Source: Octopus sinensis
Lineage: Eukaryota
Direction of reading: 5' to 3'
Length of the DNA: 64,000 nucleotides
Assembly: GCF_006345805.1 (NCBI RefSeq)
Contig: NC_042999.1
Location: 61,752,001 to 61,816,000 of the forward strand
Part shown: one piece after another, positions 13,281-24,961 of the stretch
Layout of the letters: each line of letters opens with the position of its first letter
Numbering within the stretch: position 1 is the stretch's first letter
Translations under genes and position numbers: made by a program
The notes under the pieces: model-generated
Told to the model about the DNA's origin: nothing
The model's input: the letters and a program-made list of their open reading frames with translations, nothing else
Databases searched by the model: none

Positions 13281-13926
13281 TTAAAAGAGCGGAATCAAAG
13301 AAAATATAGAATAAATACAACATTATTGCATGCTAAAAATGCGTAATTGGTTGGTATATGTGTAGAAGGACGGTGCTTCGCAGAAATATGGTTCTCTGTT
13401 CGATCAACTTATGCATGTATTTTATACCATCATGTTTGGTTGACTAGTAATTGTGAATGAAATTTGCTGGGTGAAAATTGTTGAAGCCGATCATAAGAAT
13501 AAATGTGTTTTCGAGCCTATGTGAATATACATATATGTGTGTGTGAGTGAGTTTATCTTTCGCTGATGTATTTTACCGAAAGACATGAACATTAACAGGA
13601 AACCAAGGTGAGACTCAGTTGTGAACTCTTGCTATCAGAATGCAGTGAACCCGTTAAAAACTATAATAGACAATGCTATTGTTCACAAATTGTTGCGCAA
13701 AATCTACCTATATAAAAGAAGAAAAAAACTTGCACACTTTGGCTTTGGGAAGGATTCAATGGCACTGAACGTGCTAGGATCGAGCTGAAAATTTACACAC
13801 TTATAGAAAGCGTGGTGTAGTTACGGCCAGAGGAGATTTCAAGTCTCTATCTTGATAACAAAGGCCAGAAGCAATGCCTTTTCTGCGAGTGAGTGGATGT
13901 CAGGGTTAGGGTTAGTGTTAGGGTTA

Positions 13927-14314
13927 TCTATATATAAAGCTGAAGTTGTCTGTGAGTGGCAGGTTTGGTAGCCTTCAACTAACACTATCTCCTCCGAGAT
14001 CCTGCGCGCGCAAGTTGACCAAAATTGAGAGAATGATAGAAAAAGGCTTGTTCTTCATTCCGTAGAAGATAAAATTCAAATTGGACCATGTTAACACCAA
14101 AAATTATTTCCATCAAAAAGGTGCTTTTTTTCTATGAAAATCCCTAATTTTTACGATGTTTTGCTGCTGTGTCGACATGTTTCGGTGTATTTCAAGCAGA
14201 AAATTGTTCACTTCAAGATAATAGCAAACTACATAATGCAAAATTTTTAATTTTCAAAAATTCCAATTCTAAAGGGTCGAAACAAACCCGGGCAACGCCG
14301 GGTGATACTGTTAG
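13927..14314 (+). mobile_element. Non-autonomous Helitron, 388 bp
   Basis: 5' TC(TATATATAAAG); 3' hairpin CCCGGGCAACGCCGGG, then ...CTGTTAG (CTAG variant). Inserted between A13926 and T14315 with no TSD. Confidence 0.8.
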
Positions 14315-14565
14315 TATATTAATATAATAGAACAGAAACACAAGACGTAATCCTCTCTTTCAGTTTAAATATATCATTCTATATTACTGCATTTTTTATA
14401 CGTTATACTGTAAACATAATATCCAAATCAGCTGCAGTTGTAAACAAAATCTGGTTATTGCCATAACTAAGATCAACAATCATTCACATATAGAAAGAAG
14501 TTAATCCCATCACCTCAGTGCAATATCATACGTGTGTGTGAATATATATATGTGTGTATATACAA

Positions 14566-14907
14566 ACGTACATACCTACGTGTATACACACGCACATAAA
14601 TATATATATATATAGTGATGCACATAAACAAGATTACGTCTGGCATATATAAATATGCATTCATATATTTTCACATAGAGATATATAAGGAGATAGATAG
14701 ATAGATACAAAAGCTCAATCTATTCGGAAGATAAACACATAGGTACACGCACATGTATATCTATCTATCTATCTATCTCCTTATATATCTCTATGTGAAA
14801 ATATATGAATGCATATTTATATATGTCAGACGTAATCTTGTTTATGTGCATCACTATATATATATATATATATATTTATGTGCGTGTGTATACACGTAGG
14901 TATGTAC

Positions 14908-14909
<2 letters not shown>
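14566..14909. repeat. Long inverted repeat (~140-bp arms, ~50-nt loop)
   Basis: Arm ~14566-14707 is the near-exact reverse complement of ~14758-14909. Confidence 0.9.
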
Positions 14910-14972
<63 letters not shown>

Positions 14973-15003
14973 GGTTTGGAGGTGATATACAGGTATTATA
15001 TAT

Positions 15004-15228
15004 TAGAAAAAATAAGGTACTCAGAAATTTGGATGGTGGTACATTTACAGATTTTTCTTAATATGTCACATGTTTTAATAAATCATATATAAGCGCTTGC
15101 ATCTTCTCCAGTAGATTCTTCAGAAGTAGATGCAAGCGCTAATATATGATTTATAAAAACATGTGACACATTAATAAGAATCTGTAAATGTACAACCATC
15201 CAGATTTCTGAGCACCTTATTTTTTCTA
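15004..15228. mobile_element. Foldback/MITE-like palindrome (~100-bp arms, ~24-nt loop)
   Basis: TAGAAAAAATAAGGTACTCAGAAATTTGGATGG...GCGCTTGCATCT versus AGATGCAAGCGC...CCATCCAGATTTCTGAGCACCTTATTTTTTCTA. Confidence 0.8.
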
Positions 15229-15269
15229 GTGGCAGGTATTTAAAGGGAAAAATTTGACAAGTCAGTCAG

Positions 15270-15504
15270 TCACCGGCTGACACTCGCTGACGACACGTGG
15301 AAGACGCCAGGGAACAGAAGAAAGAAGACATGCACCCAACACCAGAGCTGAAGACACCTCCGAAAGGAAGGCTCCGCCACGTCAAAACGGTAGAGGAGTA
15401 GGGGCCGAAACCGGACGTGATTCCTCCTGATGATGTCTTGAGCTAACTGTATCCTATAAAGGAGCTGTTGTGGTAGCAGACCACGAAACACGGTGTAATT
15501 CCTT

Positions 15505-15506
<2 letters not shown>
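15270..15506 (+). mobile_element. GC-rich insert, probable Penelope-like terminal repeat with two hammerhead-like cores
   Basis: CTGAAGA (15348)...GAAAC (15407) and CTGATGA (15427)...GAAAC (15485). Each is followed by 5 nt and GTR-ATTCCT. Stem I is not supported. Confidence 0.4.
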
Positions 15507-15550
<44 letters not shown>

Positions 15551-15799
15551 AGAAAAGGGTAAATGCAAAGGTAATAACGACTAAAGAAGCTCTTTCATTA
15601 CAGGCTCTTGTGTTTATGAATGAGAAAGGAAGGATTGATGTCATATTTTTTCATAGCTCCCATGGTTACCGAGGTAATCTACTGTAATAATACTCTTGTG
15701 TTTATGAATGAGAAAGGAAGGGGTGATGTTATACTTGGTAGTGGGATGATGACAATTGTACGCTGAAAAATAAATCAAACAACGTTTCAACTCTGTGTA

Positions 15800-16132
15800 A
15801 ATATATGTGTATGTATGTAAAAGGGGGGTATTTGAATGTGTGTGCGTGTGCCTTTGTGTGTCTGTGTGTGTGTGTGCGCGCACGCGCACAATGGGAGCGG
15901 GATGGTTCATCTTTGTTCGCTTAGTATTTGGCTTTATTTTTTGATTTGATTGAATCTTTGGTTGTTTTTTTTTTATTTTTTGGTCAGTTATTTTTAGCGT
16001 TCTGACAGAAATAAGTCATCCTAAATTTTTTCTTTAACGTAAGCGTGCCCAAACAGGTCGAATGCTTACACAGAGCAGGTTTTACAGCCACATCATCCAA
16101 ACCGACAGGGTGAAACCGGGCTTAGCTGCTAG
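15800..16132 (+). mobile_element. Helitron remnant (3' end clear, 5' end decayed)
   Basis: 3' AGGGTGAAACCGGG-CTTAGCTG-CTAG|T at 16107-16133, matching the Helitron ends at 14314 and 49514. Confidence 0.6.
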
Positions 16133-16139
16133 TATATAT

Positions 16140-16170
<31 letters not shown>

Positions 16171-16307
16171 CACACTCATGCATATGCATGTGTATGTGTG
16201 TTTGTGTCGGTGTGCGTGTGCGTGTGTGTATGTACGTGTGTGTGTTTGTGTGTGTGAGTGTATGTGTGCGCGCGTGTGTGTGTGTCTGTCTCTGTGTGTG
16301 TGTGTGT

Positions 16308-16342
<35 letters not shown>

Positions 16343-17445
16343 CTGTGTGTTGTCTTCCGATTTTAATTATTTGAATTCTTCCTCTGAGAACAACGATACA
16401 AAGCTGCATCTTTGAAATGTAGATAACAAAACAATGTCATATTTCAAATTTGAGAAAGTCTTGCATATCTTTACTGTTCCATTCCACTTACCGATTGTAT
16501 TTCTAGTGTCCCACTTAATTCATTATTTTTCCTGAAAATCCTAGCTTACCCAGATTGCCACTTAGGCATTTACTCATAAAGCCAAGTACATCAATTATTA
16601 CTGGTATAAATGTAATGTTATTATCTGGATATAGAAACTGGAGGCGTCGAAGTAGTTGTCTGTAGTTATTCTTTTTCTCTGATTTTCAAAGAGTTATTCT
16701 GGCCAAGAGGATAGTCGATTTCTATAATGTTACATGCTTTTTCTTAACTGTTCCAAACGACAATATCCGGCCTGTTAAGTTTACATATGGCAGATGGTTT
16801 TTATGGGAATAGTCTTTTTACCGAATGGTATTGTATGTTAGTTTTGTGACAACGTCGCACCTCATACAGATAACAGTTTTGGTCTGCTGCTAATCACATT
16901 TGTGAGGTCTTCCACAGAAATCTGTCAAAAATCTAAATTCTCACTTGTATATTGGAGCTTCAAGGATTTCACTGCCTCTTTTGTTTGCTACCTATTTCGT
17001 AGCAATCTCTTGTTCTAGCATTGTCTCCGAAGTGTGATGTAGCAGTCACGATCCCAAGAGAGAATTCGCGGTATGGGTGATTCTATTTGTAGTTTTACTG
17101 AACTAATCTTGGTAACAGGTGATTTCATTACGTATATATCCAGTTTTCGCACAGGGAAGGAGAGCGGACTTTAAACGAACAAAGTAGTCTCTACTGGCCA
17201 CTTTCTAGTAGCAATTTGTTGATTTCATCTCATTCCGTAATGTTCAGTTGAATGTGGAGCTGAAAGAGTGATCCAGCATCAACGGAGTATTCAGTTTTAA
17301 TGCTTGTGCGTTCGTTACTTAGCATTATTAGCCTCTTCACGTAAAACGAGTGGATGGAGGTAATGTAAACATCCATGTATATGACGAAGAAGATACATGA
17401 GCGGTTGATATGAAGTGCCATGCATCCCAGCCTATTCATATAAAT

Positions 17446-18022
17446 TAGGGGTTCTCAACCATTTGTTATCTATGGATCCCTTTGATTATATTTTATTCTG
17501 ATAGATTCCCATAGCCATTCCATATTTAAAACTAGTTTTATAGAAACTTCTTTCAAAATCCCTCTATTGTTTTTCACACATTAACTTGAGTAGGTTGAAC
17601 TATGTAAAACGTTAGAGAAAGAAACCCAGCTGTTTCTTGCAATACATATCAATACACACATCTAAAGCAATATCTTTTCAGGGACCCTTAAAATAATGTT
17701 GGGAATTACCAATTTACTATTTTGCTTGTGAGAATCTCCTTTGATTACTATTTTATTCTGGTGGACCCCCATAACCATTTGATGTTTGAAATATAGTTTT
17801 ATAGGTATTTCTTTCAAACCTCCTCTTTTGTTTTTCACGCATAAGTTTGTGTTGGTTGAACTGTATAAAATGTTAGAAAAAGAGACCTTACTGTTTCTTG
17901 CAATACATAGATCTAAAGCAAAACTTTTCCAGGGGTCCTTAGAATGCCATTGTAGACACCCAATTTACTGTTTTGTGACGCGCACCACCAAAAATTTTAT
18001 GAGCCCCGGTTGAGAACCACTG
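17446..18022. mobile_element. hAT-type MITE with internal ~260-bp tandem duplication
   Basis: TIRs TAGGGGTTCTCAACC / GGTTGAGAACCACTG; 8-bp TSD ATATAAAT / ATGTAAAT (7/8). Confidence 0.85.
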
Positions 18023-19409
18023 ATGTAAATAATGGCCCGTAAGGCTGAAAAGCTAGATCCCGTAATGAAATAGTACTACCGGGTTTTGATCTAACCGAAA
18101 ACCACGACATGCTTGAAATAGTAGTCAGATCTTCCTGAAATTTTACAATGTTGGAGATAAAATATCATATTATAATAATGCTACGTAACTCTGAAATATT
18201 AGGATGGTTAAAGCTGGAATTTCTTGATCATGGTTTGTTCACTGGCTAAACAACAACATCAACCAACTGAAATAGATTCCTTTAGAAATATCCTATCAGA
18301 TTTTCTAAGAAAGGTATTGATAAAGAGAATTGCTTTCTCTTGAATCTTCTATATCAAAATGTTTCTGTACTTTCCTTTTCTTACCAATTCGAAGTAAATA
18401 TTGACTTTAGAGTTAGAAACCTCATGCAGCAAATATTGTTGGCTTCATTAAAATGATAGACTTTTTTTCCGTTAGAAAATGAAATCAAAGAAGGAAGAAA
18501 ATAGAAAAATCTCTCTCTTATTGTTGTTGTTATTGTTGGTATATATTCATTGTTACAGCCGCATCTGTTATGACTGCAGCTGCTACTGTTTCCTCCTATT
18601 ATTTCAAGAGCTTGTTTATCAACATGAGATATTATGGTTTAAGCTCTAACATGTTCCTGTCTTCAGACAAACTTATACATTGAATAGATCTTCCCATTAT
18701 TACAGTGTGTACTACTCGTCACAATTAAAATGTTTACCTCGAAGCAATAGCTTTTCATATCAGTGGAACACACTGTGTCTGTTTGGGGGTATTACAATAG
18801 AACATTGTTCTCGTTTGTTGACGCTATTCCGACGCACGGCTTAAACAAAATATAAAGGGAAAAAATATATAGTAATAGCAAACATACTTGTTGTAAACAA
18901 ATGTTCATAAAATTCCAATAACTTACTTGCTGACTTATTTAGCCTCAATGAATATTTTATGAACATTAAAAATCAAATAGAAAAGTATATAGTATAATAC
19001 CTTTATATGAGTATATATAAACACAGGAAATACACACCTATCATTCCTCGATAACCGTTTAATGCCAGAATAATCAAAATTATATAAATGAAAAGTCTAT
19101 AATTTGCAGTATTAGTATCACATTTTGTTAAGTTAAGACAAACTACACGAGATATAATCGTTACTCTGCAAATAAGGCTCAGGAGCAGAATTTCCAAAAT
19201 AGTCAGATGAAAACTGAAGTAAGACACGCTTATCAGGTGGTAAAATATTATGGAGGTAATATAAACATTCTTTCTTCCTGCCTAACCTTCAAGAAATATC
19301 TTTCCCTCCGACCATTTCTGTGGTAGACTGCCCACACTGTAAAGAAACTCGTCTTAGATCTCAGTCACCAGGAAGTCTGCGTTGGACCTGATTCCTAGGA
19401 ACTTAACTG

Positions 19410-19800
19410 GGCCGTCGGTCTAGCGATGAACGATATAGACTTGCCTCCTCAGGTGTCAAATTGCAAACTCACCGACTCATCTTACTTAATGAATATTTCT
19501 GATTCCACCTTTCTCCAGTATGGCTCGACCACATCGATTTTTTTATATGTCCGTTACTATGTCGGTGATATCTTCTGCGTATGTCCTACGTCCCAACTGG
19601 ATTTGAATGCCCCACAAATTCTCGGCCTGGGTGACCCTCCAAACACACTGGCTCTAGAGCTAAAGAGCTCTGAGGCAATGAAAAGAGATGCCTTAGACTG
19701 TACAGTGATTATTTAACGCCATTTAACACTACCACCTAGAGGTTGCCGATGTATAATGCAGCTTATGGACTTCAGAACGTAATTGGATACATTCAGCATT
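19410..19800 (+). pseudogene. Decayed Penelope-like reverse transcriptase fragment
   Basis: Translation VGLAM..LPPQVSN ~ G(V/L)AMGSPLSP.LAN; RYYVGDIFCV ~ RYVDDIF; TLALELK..ALDCTVI ~ FTLE.E...FLD. Confidence 0.6.
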
Positions 19801-20524
19801 CCTGCCAGGTATATTAGTTATTTTCGTCAAAGCCACCAGATTTTATCCTCATTTAGATCATATATATATATCTGTAATAAAAGTCTCATGTACAATTTAA
19901 TCCTGCTTGAGATTTATATCATATTGCCCTGGATTATCCCATTCATAGACATTCACTAGGTGGCCGGTCTAATTGCTCCAAAAAATTAGAAGCGATTATC
20001 TCCAAAATCATCAGTAGCGTTTTTAAAAAGGAAGTGGACATTGATAATGTAGTCCTTAGATATAATGGACGGTCACGATTGGAGCGATTTTTATCATAAA
20101 TCTGCTTGAACAAATTTCACATGAAACTAAACAAAGACAGACGCAACAATACAACGCAGAAATAAATAATAACAATAAGCCTATCGTTTTCTTGTTGTAA
20201 CAATTAAGTGAGCGAGGAAAAAATGTCTACTTAAATCTGGACATATATTTGATTAATGAAAAACATATCAAGTGTGACAATGCCATCCTTTTCTTGGACA
20301 TTGCGTATCTAGGACTGTATTATTCGTTGTGTCCGTCTCATTTTGAAGAGAGAAGACTGTACTTTATGAAAGATTTGGCTGCTATCTCAACCTGATCAAA
20401 CAATTCCCGTAAGGCCTCCTTCTTTTTTTTCTCTTAATTTGTGTTGCTTTTTTTCTTTTTTAGCAATTTAACATATCCCAGTGTATTATGTAGAGAATAG
20501 AAATATTGTTATTTCTAAGTCTCT

Positions 20525-20830
20525 CTAAAGGAGACTACGGCAGCGGTACTGGATATTAACAGTTATCGCCAAGCTAATAAGGCAGTCCATATATATAGAA
20601 CGAAAGTTACCGCTGATTAGCTCCAAGAGGCCATCGCCTCTAGCTAGCTATATGACACACGAACCTAAGGAAACTACGGCAGTGGTACTGGATATTAACA
20701 GTTATTGCCAAGCTAATAAGGTTATAATGGACACAGGTTCGTGTGTCATATAGCTAGCTAGAGGCAATGGCCTCTTGAAGCTAATCAACGGCAGCATTCG
20801 TCCTATATTTATAGACTGCCATATTAGCTT
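20525..20830. repeat. Composite direct + inverted repeat (A-B-A'-B reversed)
   Basis: ~57-bp direct repeat at ~20525 and ~20666; ~95-bp inverted arms at 20571-20666 and 20735-20830. Confidence 0.85.
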
Positions 20831-20920
20831 CTGTTTCATTATTATGCCCGTCATAGTTTTTATTCCTGTATAATCTTTATCAAAATGTTTTCACCCTCAT
20901 AACTATAACATTGGCTTCAA

Positions 20921-21315
20921 AGTTTGGCACAAGGCCAGCAAGTTTAAGCAACGGGTAAGCTGATTACATCGACCCCCAATTCTCAAGTGATATTTAGTTT
21001 TTTGACCCCCCAAACACTGAGGCAGGGGGCAAAGTCGACCTCAGCGGGATTAGAAACTCAGAACGTAGCGGCAGACGAAATACCTATTTCTTTACTACCC
21101 ACAAGGAGCTAAACACAGAGGGGACAAACAAGGACAGACAAACGGATTAAGTCGATTATATCGACCCCAGTGCGTAACTGGTACTTATTTAATCGACTCC
21201 GAAAGGATGAAAGGCAAAGTCGACGTCGGCGGAATTTGAACTCAGAACGTAGCGGCAGACGAAATACTTCTAAGCATTTCGCCCGGCGCGCTATTGTTTC
21301 TGCCAGCTCGCCGCC
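20921..21315 (-). mobile_element. SINE A: young head+body joined to an older-type body
   Basis: Junction GACGAAATA|CCTATTTC at 21082/21083. The distal unit is more diverged and has a different tail (GCTGGCCTTGTGCCAAAC). Confidence 0.85.
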
Positions 21316-22433
21316 TTATAACTGTAATATGGCTTCGGATACTTTAATTTTTCAGTTCTTCATCTCTTTACTTTGATTAAACCATCACAACTACGTTGGA
21401 GCACTGCCTATATAAAAAATAGAAGTAACTCTGCCGTATAAGCTTGTTTTTTTTAACAAACGTGTATAAAACGAATAGTAAATTTGCTTTAGAAATTTTC
21501 AACAATGCATGTCGAAAATAAAAAACAAATGAACGCTTTTACCTTCTATTTCAATATTGTTTTTCCTTTCATTTTTTTTATTTATTTCCAACTTGCAATG
21601 CAACGTATTTCTTAATTACATTTAACATTTTCACAATGCTTCAACTATACACTTCTCATACAATGTGTTTTTTTTTTCAAACCGATAGTCATTGCATTTT
21701 TATCCATGAGTATTTCACTTAATATAATCTGCGTTAAGTTTCGTATCGGTTACGAACAGCGGCATGGAATATGAGCTCAGATGTAATTCTTTTAAGCTAA
21801 AATGTTTACTTTGAATCATTGTAGTTTCAGGTTCAATCACACAGCACGGCATCTCACACATGCATCAACTGTAATCTCGAATCAACTAAAGTTTTATATA
21901 ATGAAATTTGATGTACGGAAGGAAGGAAACTGATCGCTTGTCCTCCGGATGTTACACTTAAACTAAAATTATAGATAAAATAGAAGATGGAAGAGAAGAC
22001 TAAACGATTTTTCATTCTTTTATTTCAATCGAATTCACTGAATTGTATTTCCGGTGTTCTTAGAGGTTAGATTTAATCTGTCGCTCGATTTAATACCGAC
22101 ATATTGGTATCTTTAGCGGAGTTCATCTCTATTGTATGCATTCGAGCTGTTTCTGGCCTGAAGAGAACTTCTTTACCTCCCAACAATTTGAAGCCCCGAA
22201 TTGGTTATAGGCACTGCCCTTCCTCCTCTAATTAAAACATTAAAAAATAAATAAAAGGTCTCAGTGATATCTACCGTGTTAGAGCATTATTTTCACAATT
22301 TTAACTCAGCTTTTATTTTATTCATTCATAACTGTTCTTCAAACTTGTCTCATTTTCAAAGAATCATATGTAGGGAACCCTGTAGTGTTTGTACCTGTGG
22401 CTCATATATCTAATATGAATAAAACCGTACAAA

Positions 22434-22488
<55 letters not shown>

Positions 22489-22696
22489 AACACTCTATAC
22501 TTGGAATGACCAATTTTAAATACTATTGGATTTTACTGATAAGGTATTGGAATATTATATGTATACCATTCTGCCTAAACAACGGATCTACAAATACAGT
22601 ATCCCTACATATCTCACATCTATTTTCTTTCCTCCACCTCACACACTATTTCGTATCTTATCTAAATTAACTATTACTTAACCATCCTCTCACACC

Positions 22697-22744
22697 GTCT
22701 CCGATGAAGAGATATAGTAAATATCCTGGAAACAGCTGTAAGAC
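22697..22744 (+). ncRNA. Type I hammerhead ribozyme motif, degenerate (U4C), in a Penelope-like 3' remnant
   Basis: GTCT-CCGATGA-[GATAT/ATATC stem II]-GAAA-C-AGCT-G-TA-AGAC. Stem I GTCT/AGAC is perfect. Confidence 0.6.
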
Positions 22745-22807
22745 CTATCTATAAATATCTACACAGCATTTGTTTTTTATCTCATTTCGAAAGAATTTTT
22801 ATATACA

Positions 22808-22871
<64 letters not shown>

Positions 22872-22886
22872 CATACATATACATAT

Positions 22887-23039
<153 letters not shown>

Positions 23040-23739
23040 CAGACATAGATATAGATATATATGTATGTATGTATGTATGTATATATATAACCTTTAGTAT
23101 AACAGCCCTATCGTATCTCTGTTTTTATAAGTTGTGTCATTGTTATTAGGGGTACAGTTAGAAAATTCAACTCCCTAACATTAAATACGACTTTATTTCT
23201 TAACTAAATACAGGAGGTTGTTACGACAAATATATTTTAATTAACTGCTATAGAAGAGTCAACTCCGGGAGGAGAATAAATTGTTAAATCTTGAAATTTA
23301 GGAAAAATGGGAAAGTTTATTCTAATCAAAGATAAAAGGCAGAAGGTAATAACGGTGAAAGGGTGAAAACATTCTCTCGCGATTAAATAAACTCGTCATT
23401 TCTCTCCCAAAATAAGGATATTGTTTTTCCCTTTGTATCGATTGCGCTGTTCATGAATGCAAGCAGCACGACTGGGAAGACAATGGCGCAGACTTAAAAT
23501 GAATACGGAAGGAGAGGGTGAAGGGAAAACAATTTGGGAAGTAAAATGAACTGTACAAATACACATTGAATCTAATTAAACGTCTTTTAACATATCTATC
23601 AATGTAATCTTTTATAAACCTCTTATTATTCTACAATTATAGATTATAAACAATACAAAAGACTGAAAAGAGAACAAAATACTTTTCTTTTTCCTTTATT
23701 TTATTTCAATCTAGTTCACTGTATTACAATTTCGATTTG

Positions 23740-24350
23740 CAATCTTCCTGATATTGATCTGGTTTTTCATCACACCCCCGTTGTAGATAAATCCGCCTCT
23801 TAAAAACCGGCTGTTCGAGAAAGGACTCATTATTTATCTAGCACAACTACCTTGGGGAAATAACACATTACTCACTATATCTATTTATCATTGAGATAAA
23901 CTACAGCTTATCACTGAATTTCATCTCACTCATCTATTTCTTTATATTAGAAAATTGTCAGCTCTCAAACAAGTATATTCAGTGGGAAAAACATAGGTTT
24001 ATAACTTGTCGTGTCATGAAATATTCCTATCTATATATTTACTTAGATTGACTTATATGACTCTAACGTCGTTATCAAAGTGAATAAATATTTATTTCTA
24101 AATTTGAAGCAAGTACAACTGTGTTGTTGAGAAGTTCACTTCGCAGCCTAGTGGGTCTTGGCACTTCTAGAGTCGCCTTCTCTTCACCAATTTTGTGTCC
24201 TGTTCAAGAGTCATTGTTGAAGCCCGTTATGTATGAGTGTGCATGTAACTATAGCTCTGAAGAGGTTATGAAGGTACTTTTTCATGTTTGTTACTGGTTC
24301 CGTGTTCCAGTACCTGAAATAGCTGTAAGCTAATGAAAATCATTTTTAAC
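23740..24350 (+). mobile_element. Penelope-like element 3' remnant (GIY-YIG C-terminus + terminal repeat)
   Basis: Decayed translation DID..HTPVVDKS / RLFEKGLII resembles the C-terminus of PLE GIY-YIG endonucleases, and the remnant ends in a hammerhead motif. Confidence 0.5.
24252..24332 (+). ncRNA. Type I hammerhead ribozyme motif
   Basis: TAGCT-CTGAAGA-[stem II ending CCAGTACCT]-GAAA-T-AGCT-G-TA-AGCTA. 5-bp stem I, palindromic loop III, GUA cleavage triplet. Confidence 0.7.
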
Positions 24351-24356
24351 TCTCTT

Positions 24357-24728
24357 CGCGGGCTTGGCTGTGCGATAAGAAGTCTGCTTCCCAATCACAT
24401 GGTTAGTGGCACCTTGGGCAAATGTCTTGTTAGTGGATTTGGTAGACGGAACTGAAAGAAGCCCGTCGTATATATTTCAGTGTCCGTCTACCAAATCCAC
24501 TAATATATATATATATGTATATATTTGTGTGTTTGCACTCGTGTTTGCTTTACAACCGTTGCTGGTGTGTTTACGTCCCCGTAACGTACCGATTCGGCAA
24601 AAGAGACCCATAGAATAGGTACCAGGCTTACAAAGAATAAGTCCAGGGATCGATTCCTTCGACTAAAACGGCGGTGCTCCAGCATGACCACAGTCAAAAT
24701 GACTGAAACACGTAAAAGAATAAAAGAA
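24357..24728 (+). mobile_element. SINE family B with an internal foldback duplication
   Basis: Head and 3' tail match the copy at 34418-34887; hairpin at 24431-24502. Confidence 0.85.
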
Positions 24729-24889
24729 TTTATATATATACACATACACACATACACACAAGCACATATATATATATACATACGTATATATATATATATA
24801 GATATATATATATGCTATTATATATATATATATATATACATATATACACACATATATATATACATACATATATATATATATACATATAT

Positions 24890-24961
<72 letters not shown>

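Noticed and set aside
17230-17439. FVIYMDV as an LTR-retrotransposon RT motif
   Set aside because: The second Asp is absent and no other gypsy motifs are recognisable.
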